Positions 1 through 8,359 of a DNA stretch of 29,171 nucleotides are shown here, in pieces. The notes beneath the pieces are model-generated. The model did no database searches and was not told the DNA's origin. It worked only from the letters and a program-made list of their open reading frames with translations. Position numbers and translations under genes: made by a program. Position 1 is the stretch's first letter, and every line of letters starts with the position of its first letter. This DNA comes from Verrucomicrobiota bacterium (lineage in GTDB: Bacteria; Verrucomicrobiota; Verrucomicrobiia; Chthoniobacterales; UBA6821): NCBI GenBank assembly GCA_008932965.1, contig WBXG01000016.1, positions 1 to 29,171 on the forward strand. Direction: 5' to 3'.

Positions 1-114
1 TATTTTGACGCAAGGCTGTATGTTTCATACTGCCCGAGGAGCAATTCGAAGCTGACGCAGTATCCATCAGGTGTTCGCAAGCCGCAGCAGAATCGGTATG
101 AAATAGGCGGGTTA
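1..114 (+). repeat. MITE-like palindromic element, copy R1 (right part only, cut by window edge)
   Basis: Bases 1-114 align colinearly (about 93% identity by eye) with 17318-17431, the right half of copy R10. It ends in the family terminus GGTATGAAATAGGCGGGT followed by TA (113-114). Confidence 0.85.
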
Positions 115-171
115 GGCTAGCACATCAGATTTTCTGTTTCTATTTACGTTTTTCGGACAAGACCATTTCTA

Positions 172-1041
172 TCAAATATCATTTTTAAGCAATGCTGCTA
201 GGCGCTTTACAGCACGTCCTACTTTACGGTCCTCCATTAACTCCAAGGCCTCATTGAGAGGAAGAAGCCTACGAAGTCGAAGATGTTCCTCTGGCCAAAC
301 TCCAAGTAACTTCGAAATTTTCAGTGCATAGAGCTGCAAGAAACTTCCATTGCTCATTTGGCAACGAGTGTGTACATCAGCACGAATTGACCCTAATACC
401 CCACCCTCCTCGACAGCCTCCATTAAAGCTACTTCGTGAGCAGTCATTCCTGGCTCTTGCTGACCTTTGGGAAGAATCCAACGATTTCCTGAAGAGCTGG
501 TAATGAGGAGTACCTGTAATTTTCCATCTTTAATAACGTAGGGAAGAGCCCCTACCTGAGAAATTCCTTTTGATTCAGGTGCCCCATACATGGCGAGTGA
601 AATTGTTTCGTACTCTTCACGCCCTGTCACCTCTTCACCTAAAAATTCTAAATGCTCGAAAGCCTTACTAGCAGCAAGAGTAGGAAAATTAACTGTAGCT
701 AACATCAAAGGAGCATGCTCTCCTAAAAAAACATCTAATATGATTTTGAGTTTTTTTATTAAAAAAATGGAGCGATTCAAAAAAACACGTTGTCCTTCGG
801 TGAAGGGCCACAAAAAATCAAATTGAGCTTTTGATAATCTTACCTCTTTGGATTGAACTCGCTCATGAGATTCTTTGGGAACAACAAAATAGTCCCTGTT
901 CACCCGCTGTAGTAGCAAATCTCTTTTAGGATGCCGCAGAAAATAACCCTGCTCGATTTCCTGAGCTTTTATAGAGGCATAGAAGGGTGGTTTTCTTAAA
1001 ACAAGAAATGTACGCCGAAGGAGATCACGATTTGCTTTCAT
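172..1041 (-). CDS. CYTH (triphosphate-tunnel) domain fused to a Nudix hydrolase domain
   Basis: 289-aa ORF. The N-terminal half carries CYTH-type motifs (FDFLWPFTEGQRV, LDVFLGEHAPLMLATVNF, FLGEEVTGREEYETISLA). The C-terminal half has a Nudix box, PKGQQEPGMTAHEVALMEAVEEGGV, with the EE pair retained. Confidence 0.75.
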   Translation of the reverse strand: MKANRDLLRRTFLVLRKPPFYASIKAQEIEQGYFLRHPKRDLLLQRVNRDYFVVPKESHERVQSKEVRLSKAQFDFLWPFTEGQRVFLNRSIFLIKKLKIILDVFLGEHAPLMLATVNFPTLAASKAFEHLEFLGEEVTGREEYETISLAMYGAPESKGISQVGALPYVIKDGKLQVLLITSSSGNRWILPKGQQEPGMTAHEVALMEAVEEGGVLGSIRADVHTRCQMSNGSFLQLYALKISKLLGVWPEEHLRLRRLLPLNEALELMEDRKVGRAVKRLAALLKNDI

Positions 1042-1110
1042 GCAATGAAATTCGTATCACAAAGATTGACAATAGAACGAGATAATTCATGATGTAGCGC
1101 TCTATTTTAT

Positions 1111-1186
1111 GGTGGCCGTAGCTCAATGGTAGAGCTCCAGGTTGTGGTCCTGGCTGTTGCGGGTTCGAGTCCCGTCGGTCACCCCA
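1111..1186 (+). tRNA. tRNA-His (anticodon GTG), with encoded G-1 and CCA
   Basis: Cloverleaf folded by hand. Acceptor GTGGCCG/CGGTCAC with an extra 5' G pairing to C73 (a His identity feature). Anticodon arm CCAGG-TTGTGGT-CCTGG. T arm GCGGG-TTCGAGT-CCCGT. 3' CCA is encoded. Confidence 0.9.
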
Positions 1187-1268
1187 TAACCTCGTAAGAA
1201 TCTAGTGCCACGTAGAGATTATTAGAAGATGGTATGAGATTTTCACTCTCTTAAGATAGCACCTGTTC

Positions 1269-2417
1269 ATGAAACGCTACCAACTTCCACGATTCCTTCT
1301 TTTTCTTCTTTTTTTATTTTTCGTTGTTACAGGAATTTTCCTCTGGAAATTTTATCAAACCTCTCTTCTAGAAAAAAAAACTTATCAACAACTCCTCCCT
1401 CCCCCTTCTACACTCCTAACGCGAGCAGACTCCTCCTCCTGTCGCAATCCTTCTCTCCAAGTTCTTGATGAAGAATTCACAAGTTTAATAGCACACATTG
1501 TTCCCTCTGTAGTCAGTATCATTACTACCGATGCTCCAAATTGCGAAGATTTGTTACGAGAGTTTTTAGGCCTTTCCCATGTCCAGGAAGCCTCTCCAAA
1601 CAAAATGGGCTCAGGCATGATCGTTTCGAAAAGTGGAGATATCATTACCAATTGGCACGTTGTTAAAGATGCCATCGAAGTCCATGCTCAATTAGATGAC
1701 GGACGATCTCTGCCTACAAAGCTTGTTGGTTTCGATGATCGAGCCGATATTGCGATTCTTAAAATCCAAGCTGACCATTTAATTCCTATCCCTTTTGGTA
1801 ACTCTGATCAGGTCAAAGTAGGACAAACTGTCGTGGCAATCGGTAATCCTTTTGGACTACAAGAAACCGTTACCGAAGGCATTATTAGTGCCAAAGGCCG
1901 CCGTGCTTTGAGCGAGACAGTGAATGAATTCTTTCAGACAAGTGCTCTGATTAATCCCGGCAATTCAGGTGGACCTTTGGTGAATATTCACGGAGAGGTG
2001 ATTGGCATCAATAACTTCATCATTAGTCGTAGCGGTGGTGCTGAAGGGCTTGGATTTGCAATCCCGTCAAATGTAGCACGTCGTGTCTATAACGATATTA
2101 CAAGGTATGGTCACGTGCTCCGTCCTTGGTTTGGGGTTGTTCTACGACCGCTCAATACTCCTCTTGCCAAGCAGCTTGGCTTAACAAGAACCTCAGGAGC
2201 GCTCATTGCAGCAACACTTTTAAATTCTCCTGCTGAAAAAGCTGGTCTCAAGCCAGGTGATGTTATTACTTCTTTCAACCATCATTCTATAAATGACCCG
2301 ATTGACCTGCGTCATTGTTTAGAACAAACGGAAGTAGGAGAAAAAGTAACCCTCACTATTGAGCGATATGGTGACACAGTCTCTTTGAGTACCTCCATTC
2401 AAGAAGAACCAAAGTAA
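1269..2417 (+). CDS. HtrA/DegS-family periplasmic serine protease with a single PDZ domain
   Basis: 382-aa ORF with an N-terminal hydrophobic anchor (FLLFLLFLFFVVTGIFLW). Catalytic triad contexts are TNWHVV, DIAILK and GNSGGPLVN. The C-terminal region is PDZ-like (SPAEKAGLKPGDVITSFN). Confidence 0.85.
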   Translation: MKRYQLPRFLLFLLFLFFVVTGIFLWKFYQTSLLEKKTYQQLLPPPSTLLTRADSSSCRNPSLQVLDEEFTSLIAHIVPSVVSIITTDAPNCEDLLREFLGLSHVQEASPNKMGSGMIVSKSGDIITNWHVVKDAIEVHAQLDDGRSLPTKLVGFDDRADIAILKIQADHLIPIPFGNSDQVKVGQTVVAIGNPFGLQETVTEGIISAKGRRALSETVNEFFQTSALINPGNSGGPLVNIHGEVIGINNFIISRSGGAEGLGFAIPSNVARRVYNDITRYGHVLRPWFGVVLRPLNTPLAKQLGLTRTSGALIAATLLNSPAEKAGLKPGDVITSFNHHSINDPIDLRHCLEQTEVGEKVTLTIERYGDTVSLSTSIQEEPK

Positions 2418-2559
2418 AGATCCCGTAGATTCAAAAGTGAAGTCCCCTTCCATAAAACAAAAATACTCTTGTGAGCAACCAAGAACAGAGTTCCTTACTT
2501 GACTTGAACTTCGCTTCCGGGCAGGCTCCCATCATTTACAAGAAAGCAGGTGAATTTAC

Positions 2560-2757
2560 ATGCCAGAAGTTATAGTCCGTAAGGGCGAACCAATAGATAG
2601 AGCGCTCAAGCGTCTCAAGAGCAAACTTGACACCGAGGGAATCCTCGATGAGGTAAGGCGTCTTCGTGCCTTCGAAACCCCAACGCAACGGGTTAAACGC
2701 AAAGCAAAATTAAGTGCTAAGAAAGCGAAAGCAAAACAACGCTATAACGCTCATTAG
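2560..2757 (+). CDS. rpsU: 30S ribosomal protein S21
   Basis: 65-aa basic ORF MPEVIVRKGEPIDRALKRLKSKL...RAFETPTQRVKRK, typical of S21. AGGTGA lies upstream of the ATG. Confidence 0.95.
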   Translation: MPEVIVRKGEPIDRALKRLKSKLDTEGILDEVRRLRAFETPTQRVKRKAKLSAKKAKAKQRYNAH

Positions 2758-2770
2758 TCCCTGACATTAC

Positions 2771-3829
2771 ATGTTGGAAAAAAAAACTTCCCTCATTATC
2801 GTTGGCTGCGGCTTTCTTGGGAAGGCCGCAGCTTCACTTTTTTGTTCACAAGGATACTCCGTCTTAGGAATTGTTCGGACTCCTCTAGAACCGATATTTC
2901 ATACTGATCATAACGAGGAAGTCGTGAAGGCTAGTGCGGTCATGCGAGTGATGAATTCTCACGACATAGGTGCGGATACAGACTACCCGAGGAAGACTTC
3001 ATGCTCAACGCAGCATCCATCTGGTTTCACGGTCTCCACAAGTGATGAACATCAAACATCCGGCCTAGTAAAACATTCTCCTACGGAGAAATCATATTCT
3101 CTCTTAAGCTGTGATGTTACAGATCCTTTGGCTGTTGATGCCCTCACAAAGAACATACCCCCGGAATCACTATTGATTTATTGCGTGAGCTCTGGAAAGG
3201 GAGGAAGTGATACCTATGCTGCAATCTATCGCGATGGTTTGGAACGTCTCTTACACTCATGGAAGCCCAAGCGAGCGCTTTTTGTGAGCAGCACCTCGGT
3301 TTATGGACAGAAAGATGGAGAAATTGTTACCGAATCCTCTTCTGCAGAACCTGACCGTGAAACAGGAAGAATTCTCTTGGAGGCCGAAAAGATTGCTCTT
3401 CAATCAGGGGGAGTAGTAGCACGTCTTTCAGGTATTTATGGGCCAGGCCGTTCGATGCTTTTAAGGAAGTTTCTTGAGGGAACAGCAACCCTTGAAAATG
3501 GAGGGGGACGACTCATTAACCAAATACACCGTGATGATGCTGCATCTGCTTTATTTTGTCTTATGACACATGAAAATGCATCAGGAATTTATAATGTCAC
3601 TGATGATACTCCAGCATCCCAGAGGGAAGTTTATGCATGGATTTCAGAGGCTCTTCAAAAACCACTTCCACCTCCAGGCCCAGCTGATCTGAATCGCAAG
3701 CGAGGTTGGACTTCCAAACAAATCTCTAATGAAAAGCTACATACCCTTGGTTGGGCTCCTCAATTTCCAAGTTATCGTGAAGCATTGCCAGAGTTAATAG
3801 AAGAGATACTGTTGAAGAGAGAAGATTAA
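2771..3829 (+). CDS. NAD(P)-binding SDR-family epimerase/dehydratase-like protein carrying a 60-codon in-frame repeat insertion
   Basis: Rossmann motif IIVGCGFLGKAAA. Downstream motifs are FVSSTSVYG, ARLSGIYGPGR, NQIHRDDAA and YNVTDD. Codons about 39-99 are encoded by repeat copy R2. Confidence 0.7.
   Translation: MLEKKTSLIIVGCGFLGKAAASLFCSQGYSVLGIVRTPLEPIFHTDHNEEVVKASAVMRVMNSHDIGADTDYPRKTSCSTQHPSGFTVSTSDEHQTSGLVKHSPTEKSYSLLSCDVTDPLAVDALTKNIPPESLLIYCVSSGKGGSDTYAAIYRDGLERLLHSWKPKRALFVSSTSVYGQKDGEIVTESSSAEPDRETGRILLEAEKIALQSGGVVARLSGIYGPGRSMLLRKFLEGTATLENGGGRLINQIHRDDAASALFCLMTHENASGIYNVTDDTPASQREVYAWISEALQKPLPPPGPADLNRKRGWTSKQISNEKLHTLGWAPQFPSYREALPELIEEILLKRED
2886..3067 (+). mobile_element. 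MITE-like palindromic element, copy R2, inside the epimerase CDS and in frame
   Basis: TA-GAACCGATATTTCATACTGATCATAACGAGG...CCCGAGGAAGACTTCATGCTCAACGCAGCATCCATCTGG...CATCCGGCC-TA aligns along its whole length with R6 (15054-15235). The TA-to-TA offset is 180 bp, or 60 codons. Confidence 0.85.
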
Positions 3830-3935
3830 AAAAAAGATGATACGGTCTGCTAGAGGGGAATAAAATTCCATCGTTTTGCCAAGACCACACAGACAATCTA
3901 TGACCTTCTCTTCCCACTCTTTTGTTTCATAAAAA

Positions 3936-5297
3936 ATGAAGAAGATTTTATTGATCGTTGATGATGAAAAACATACTCGCGAGGGCCTTAAAGAGGCCTT
4001 CAGCGAAAATTATGATGTGTATAGTGCTGCAACACTAGACGGGGCTTTAGCAACCCTAGGAGCGGATCCAGCTGATGTATTGATCACTGATTTAAAACTA
4101 GGAGGAGAGAATGGTATGGAACTCATGGAAAAAGCCCTAGCGCTACCAAAGCCTCCCATTTGTATTATCATGACTGCATATGGATCTGTAGATACCGCAG
4201 TAGAAGCGATGAGGCGTGGAGCTTATGATTTTGTGACAAAACCAGTAAATATTGAACGCCTAGAAATGCTGGTGCGTCGCTCGCTACGGGAACAAGCCAT
4301 AGAACAAGAAAATGGAGAGCTCAAACAGGAAATCCAAAAAAAATATGGATTGGAGCAAATGATTGGAACCTCCCCTATCATGACCACCGTCTTTGATACG
4401 ATTCGTCAGGTTGCCCCATCCAAAGCAACTATCCTCATCGAGGGAGAAAGCGGAACGGGAAAGGAAGTTGCAGCAAAAGCAATTCACATGCTCAGTCCTC
4501 GATCTCAAGAACGCTTTGTTGCCGTTCACTGTGCTTCTTTGTCACCCCAACTTTTGGAAAGCGAACTCTTCGGACATGAAAAAGGGGCTTTTACTGGAGC
4601 CACAGAGCGCCGCATTGGTCGTTTTGAACAAGCTCGTGGGGGGACTCTTTTCTTGGATGAAATTGGAGAGATCGATCCAAGCGTTCAGGTTAAGATTTTA
4701 CGTATTCTTGGAGAACATACATTTGAACGTGTTGGAGGCAATCAAACATTATCAACGGATGTTCGTCTGATTGCAGCTACTAACCGTGATTTAAAAAAAA
4801 TGACTACTGAAGGGACATTTCGTGAAGATCTTTTTTTTCGTCTCAATGTCGTTCCGCTCTTGATGCCCCCGCTACGTGATCGTAAAGAGGATATCCCTCT
4901 GCTCACGGAGGCTTTTTTAATCGAGCTAGCAAAAGAACATGAAAAACCACAGCGTCTTTTTTCCTCTGAAGCTATGTCTCTGCTTATAAAGTACCCATGG
5001 CCAGGAAATGTTCGTGAACTTCGCACTGCCGTGGAACATGCTATTGTACTTGGTCGAGAACAAGAATTACAAATTCGTGATCTTCCATCACGTATGTGTA
5101 ACACCACCCTTTTGGAACCTGCCGAACACTCCATTACTCATTCCCCCGACTCACTCAATTTACAACAGGCTACCTCAACCATGATTGACCGTGCACTCAA
5201 AGAATGCAGTGGCAACCGTTCTCAAGCAGCAGCAAAACTGGGTATTAGCAGACGCACCTTACACCGGCACTTGGCTTCTGGTAGGTCTAGCGAATGA
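3936..5297 (+). CDS. Sigma-54-dependent response regulator (REC + AAA+ + Fis-type HTH; NtrC/AtoC family)
   Basis: The receiver has DD, ITDLKL, MTAYG and TKP. The AAA+ domain has Walker A GESGTGKE, the GAFTGA loop ([15 protein letters not shown]) and Walker B LFLDEIGE. The C-terminal HTH reads [20 protein letters not shown]. Confidence 0.92.
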   Translation: MKKILLIVDDEKHTREGLKEAFSENYDVYSAATLDGALATLGADPADVLITDLKLGGENGMELMEKALALPKPPICIIMTAYGSVDTAVEAMRRGAYDFVTKPVNIERLEMLVRRSLREQAIEQENGELKQEIQKKYGLEQMIGTSPIMTTVFDTIRQVAPSKATILIEGESGTGKEVAAKAIHMLSPRSQERFVAVHCASLSPQLLESELFGHEKGAFTGATERRIGRFEQARGGTLFLDEIGEIDPSVQVKILRILGEHTFERVGGNQTLSTDVRLIAATNRDLKKMTTEGTFREDLFFRLNVVPLLMPPLRDRKEDIPLLTEAFLIELAKEHEKPQRLFSSEAMSLLIKYPWPGNVRELRTAVEHAIVLGREQELQIRDLPSRMCNTTLLEPAEHSITHSPDSLNLQQATSTMIDRALKECSGNRSQAAAKLGISRRTLHRHLASGRSSE

Positions 5298-5414
5298 ACT
5301 CATCAATAATAAGATCCGATCTATAAAAATAGAGGTAGGAAAAGAGTTCCTTGACTCAAAAAGTCGTACGACAAGAGCCAAACAGCGTTCTATTAATCGT
5401 AGAAATAAGTCAAT

Positions 5415-5443
5415 TTGTATACGGGATTCAAAAAAATTAATAT
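5415..5443 (+). promoter_or_regulatory. Possible sigma-70-type promoter for rpsA (TTGTAT-N17-TAATAT)
   Basis: A hexamer pair with 17-nt spacing lies about 100 nt upstream of the rpsA ATG. The AT-rich context means it could be a chance match. Confidence 0.25.
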
Positions 5444-5541
5444 TGCCATATTCCTTTTTTGGGATAATGTATGCGGCTTCCATCGTCTGCTTTGAAAGGG
5501 CGACGATTAATGGTTTAGACCATTTTGGAATTTTAAATATC

Positions 5542-7239
5542 ATGACAACTAGCGCTAGCATGGCTGATCTTCAGCAACTCATTGCCAACTCGGTTAAAAA
5601 TTACCGTGAAGGAAGTATCGTAAAAGGACATATCCTTGAAAAAAGACCGAAAGAATTTTTAGTTGATATCGGTTACAAATCCGAAGGAGTCATTCCAGCA
5701 TCAGAATTTGATCATCCCGAGGACATTCAGTTAGGGGATGAAGTGGAAGTTCTTTTAGCCCGTTTAGAGAATGATCAAGGAATGGTGGTCCTCTCTAAAT
5801 TAAAAGCAGCCCAACGTCAAAACTGGGATAAAATTTGTAAACTTTTTGAAGAAGAGGGAATTATTCAAGGAAAAGTGAAGGCCGTTGTTAAAGGTGGCCT
5901 TACTGTTGATGTCGGCGTCGAAGCCTTTCTACCTGCTTCTCAGGTCGATGTTACTCCTCCAAAAGATCTTCAGCAATTTGTTGGAAACACCTACGATTTT
6001 AAAATTGTGAAGCTCAATGAAGATCGCAAGAATGTTGTTCTTAGCCGTCGAGAATTAATTGAAGCTGTTCGTAGTACACGTCGTCAGGATTTCCTCACCA
6101 CTGTCAATCCTGGGGATGTCGTTGAAGGAACCGTCAAAAATATCACTGATTTTGGAGCATTTATCGATCTCGATGGCATTGATGGACTCCTCCATATTAC
6201 TGATATGTCATGGGCGCGTCTCACCCACCCAAGTCAAGCCGTTAAGCCTGGGGATCGCCTCAGGGTGGTTGTTCTTGAAATCAATAAGGAAAAAGAACGT
6301 ATTTCACTTGGACTCAAACAACTTCAGGATAACCCTTGGGATAAAATTGAAGAGCGCTTCCCAACTGGCACTAAAGTCAAGGGGACCATTAGTAACCTCA
6401 TGCCCTATGGAGCTTTTGTAGAAATCGAAGAAGGAATCGAGGGTCTTATTCATGTCTCAGAACTCTCCTGGACAAAACGAATCGTCCGTCCTTCAGATGT
6501 ACTTACCCTTGGTCAGGCTATCGAGGCCGTTGTATTGGGTGTCAACAAAGAGGATCAAAAAATCTCACTTGGAGTGCGCCAGTTAGAATCAAACCCATGG
6601 GATGAAATCGAACAGCGCTTCATGATTGGGAAACAGGTGAAAGGAAAAGTCCGTAACATGACCGCTTACGGTGCCTTTATTGAACTTGAGGAGGGAATTG
6701 ACGGAATGGTTCATGTCTCAGATCTTTCATGGAATCGCAAGATCAGTCATCCAAGTGAAGTTCTTAAGAAAAATGAGGAAATTGAAGCTATTGTAATCGA
6801 CATTGATAAGGCAAATCAACGCATTAGCCTTGGAGTCAAGCAGCTCGAGGAAGATCCTTGGAAAGAAATCGATGCTCACTACAAGATTGGTGATATCGTT
6901 CAAGGAAAAGTAAGCAAGATTGCTAACTTCGGAGCCTTTGTAGAACTTATGGGTAGCATTGATGGACTTGTTCATATTTCTCAGATCAGTGAAGATCGGG
7001 TTGAAAAAGTCAAGGATGTCCTAAAAATTGGAGATGAGATTGAGGCACGTGTAATCAAGATTGATAAAATTGAACGACGTCTAGGACTCTCTATCAAAGC
7101 AACAACATACAGTGATGAGGCCTTGATTAAAGAAACAGAGGTACTCGATTCATTACGTGGCTCAGATGATATGGTTAGCTTTGGAGCAGCTCTTTCAGCT
7201 GCTGAAGAAGAATACCGACCAGGAGAAAAAGGGGCTTAA
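5542..7239 (+). CDS. rpsA: 30S ribosomal protein S1 (six S1 domains)
   Basis: Six tandem S1/OB repeats (G.V....V..I..FGAF(V/I).L....GL(V/I)H(V/I)S). The start was moved to the ATG at 5542 (MTTSASMADLQQL) because the 5185 ORF extension overlaps the upstream regulator and has no S1-like sequence. Confidence 0.93.
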   Translation: MTTSASMADLQQLIANSVKNYREGSIVKGHILEKRPKEFLVDIGYKSEGVIPASEFDHPEDIQLGDEVEVLLARLENDQGMVVLSKLKAAQRQNWDKICKLFEEEGIIQGKVKAVVKGGLTVDVGVEAFLPASQVDVTPPKDLQQFVGNTYDFKIVKLNEDRKNVVLSRRELIEAVRSTRRQDFLTTVNPGDVVEGTVKNITDFGAFIDLDGIDGLLHITDMSWARLTHPSQAVKPGDRLRVVVLEINKEKERISLGLKQLQDNPWDKIEERFPTGTKVKGTISNLMPYGAFVEIEEGIEGLIHVSELSWTKRIVRPSDVLTLGQAIEAVVLGVNKEDQKISLGVRQLESNPWDEIEQRFMIGKQVKGKVRNMTAYGAFIELEEGIDGMVHVSDLSWNRKISHPSEVLKKNEEIEAIVIDIDKANQRISLGVKQLEEDPWKEIDAHYKIGDIVQGKVSKIANFGAFVELMGSIDGLVHISQISEDRVEKVKDVLKIGDEIEARVIKIDKIERRLGLSIKATTYSDEALIKETEVLDSLRGSDDMVSFGAALSAAEEEYRPGEKGA

Positions 7240-7585
7240 TTCAGGAACTATCCTTTAAAGCTCTTTTTGATTCTCTCCGATTCTGATACTTGCTCTGATG
7301 AGTCATAAGGTACCTTCTCGAAGGTCTTGATACAATCTGGTCAAAACATTGTGATAATAAGCGTCAAGAGAGTTCTTACTGTTCCATCACAATTGTGGAC
7401 CAATGGAGCTGCTCGAGAGGTCTCAAAAAGAACTTCTTGATGGAGCATCCAGTAATTGAGTTACTCACTGCTCGAACGATGAATGGAATATTCATGGGGC
7501 CAAGAGTTTCTTTGAGTTTTATTTTAATCAGACTTTCAAGGAACAGAATAATCTATAACATTAACTTCTCAAAATTATAATTCCC

Positions 7586-7921
7586 ATGCAAATCACAGCT
7601 TACCTAAAAACAACGTGCGGTTGGAGCAACGGAGTACGTGCCGTTATGACCAAGTACTCACTCCTCTACTCAGAAAAAGATATTATCAAAAACCCTGCGT
7701 TCCGTTTTGAAATGGAACAAAAAAGTGGTCAGCCTCTTTCTCCCTGTGTCGAAATTGACGGGGTAATGTTAGCAGATATTAGTGGGGAAGAGTTAGAATC
7801 CTACCTACTGGAGCACAAACTTGTAGGAACCTCTGCCGTACCTACCGATGTACCACTCAATGCCCCTTGTTCTGATGAACAGCATGCTGCAATGGCTGGA
7901 AAAGTGAAGATGCAGTTTTAG
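7586..7921 (+). CDS. Glutaredoxin-like thioredoxin-fold protein (CxxS motif)
   Basis: 111-aa ORF. ITAYLKTTCGWSNGV (CGWS in place of CxxC) and a downstream SPCVEIDGVML fit the glutaredoxin fold pattern. Confidence 0.55.
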   Translation: MQITAYLKTTCGWSNGVRAVMTKYSLLYSEKDIIKNPAFRFEMEQKSGQPLSPCVEIDGVMLADISGEELESYLLEHKLVGTSAVPTDVPLNAPCSDEQHAAMAGKVKMQF

Positions 7922-7986
7922 AGTATCTTAAAAAAGTTACTGCTCCGCTTGAACGTGCAAAATGCGTTACTCGCCTCCTCGAGCAC

Positions 7987-8337
7987 TAGCCCGGATATTT
8001 CATCCCGATTCTGCTGCGGCTGCGAACACCTGATGGATACTGCGTCAGCTTCGAACTACTCCTCGGGCAGTATGACTACCGGCAGCGGGGAAGCTGCGGG
8101 AGAGATTGTCGCAAAGCGTCAACCCGAAGGGCGAGACGAGCGGGAGCGAGCGAGTCAAACTACAGCCGTCGTCGCAATCCATCACCTTCGTTGACTCGCT
8201 CACTCCCCCTCGTCTCGCCCTTTCAGGGCTGCCTTCTAAAGCCAGGGCAATCTCCACCGCGGTCTCCCGACCGCCGGTGGTGTCTGTATCAGGATTCGCG
8301 GCGCCTCGCAATGAACCAGTATGAAGTAGGCGGGTTA
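7987..8337 (-). mobile_element. MITE-like element, copy R3, expanded 351-bp form in inverted orientation
   Basis: The outer parts match the reverse complement of R10. Two extra modules of about 85 bp are present. They include a 33-bp imperfect inverted repeat (8126-8158 versus 8191-8223, 30/33 complementary) around a 32-nt loop. TA flanks lie at 7987-7988 and 8336-8337. Confidence 0.85.
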
Positions 8338-8359
8338 AGAAACTCTACAGTCCCTGGTA

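Noticed and set aside
1066-1094. TTGACA hexamer upstream of tRNA-His as a promoter -35
   Set aside because: No acceptable -10 hexamer lies at 16-18 nt spacing. GATAAT is only 9 nt away.
3851-3880. CTAGAGGGGAATAAAATTCCAT with a weak resemblance to the element left end
   Set aside because: There are too many mismatches and gaps, and no matching partner end.
5185-5541. 119-codon N-terminal extension of the rpsA ORF
   Set aside because: It overlaps the 3' end of the sigma-54 regulator gene and has no S1-like sequence. The S1 homology begins right after the ATG at 5542.
7395-7580. 61-aa ORF in the rpsA-downstream spacer
   Set aside because: The composition is AT-rich and low-complexity. It has no motif and no ribosome-binding site, so it is probably spurious.
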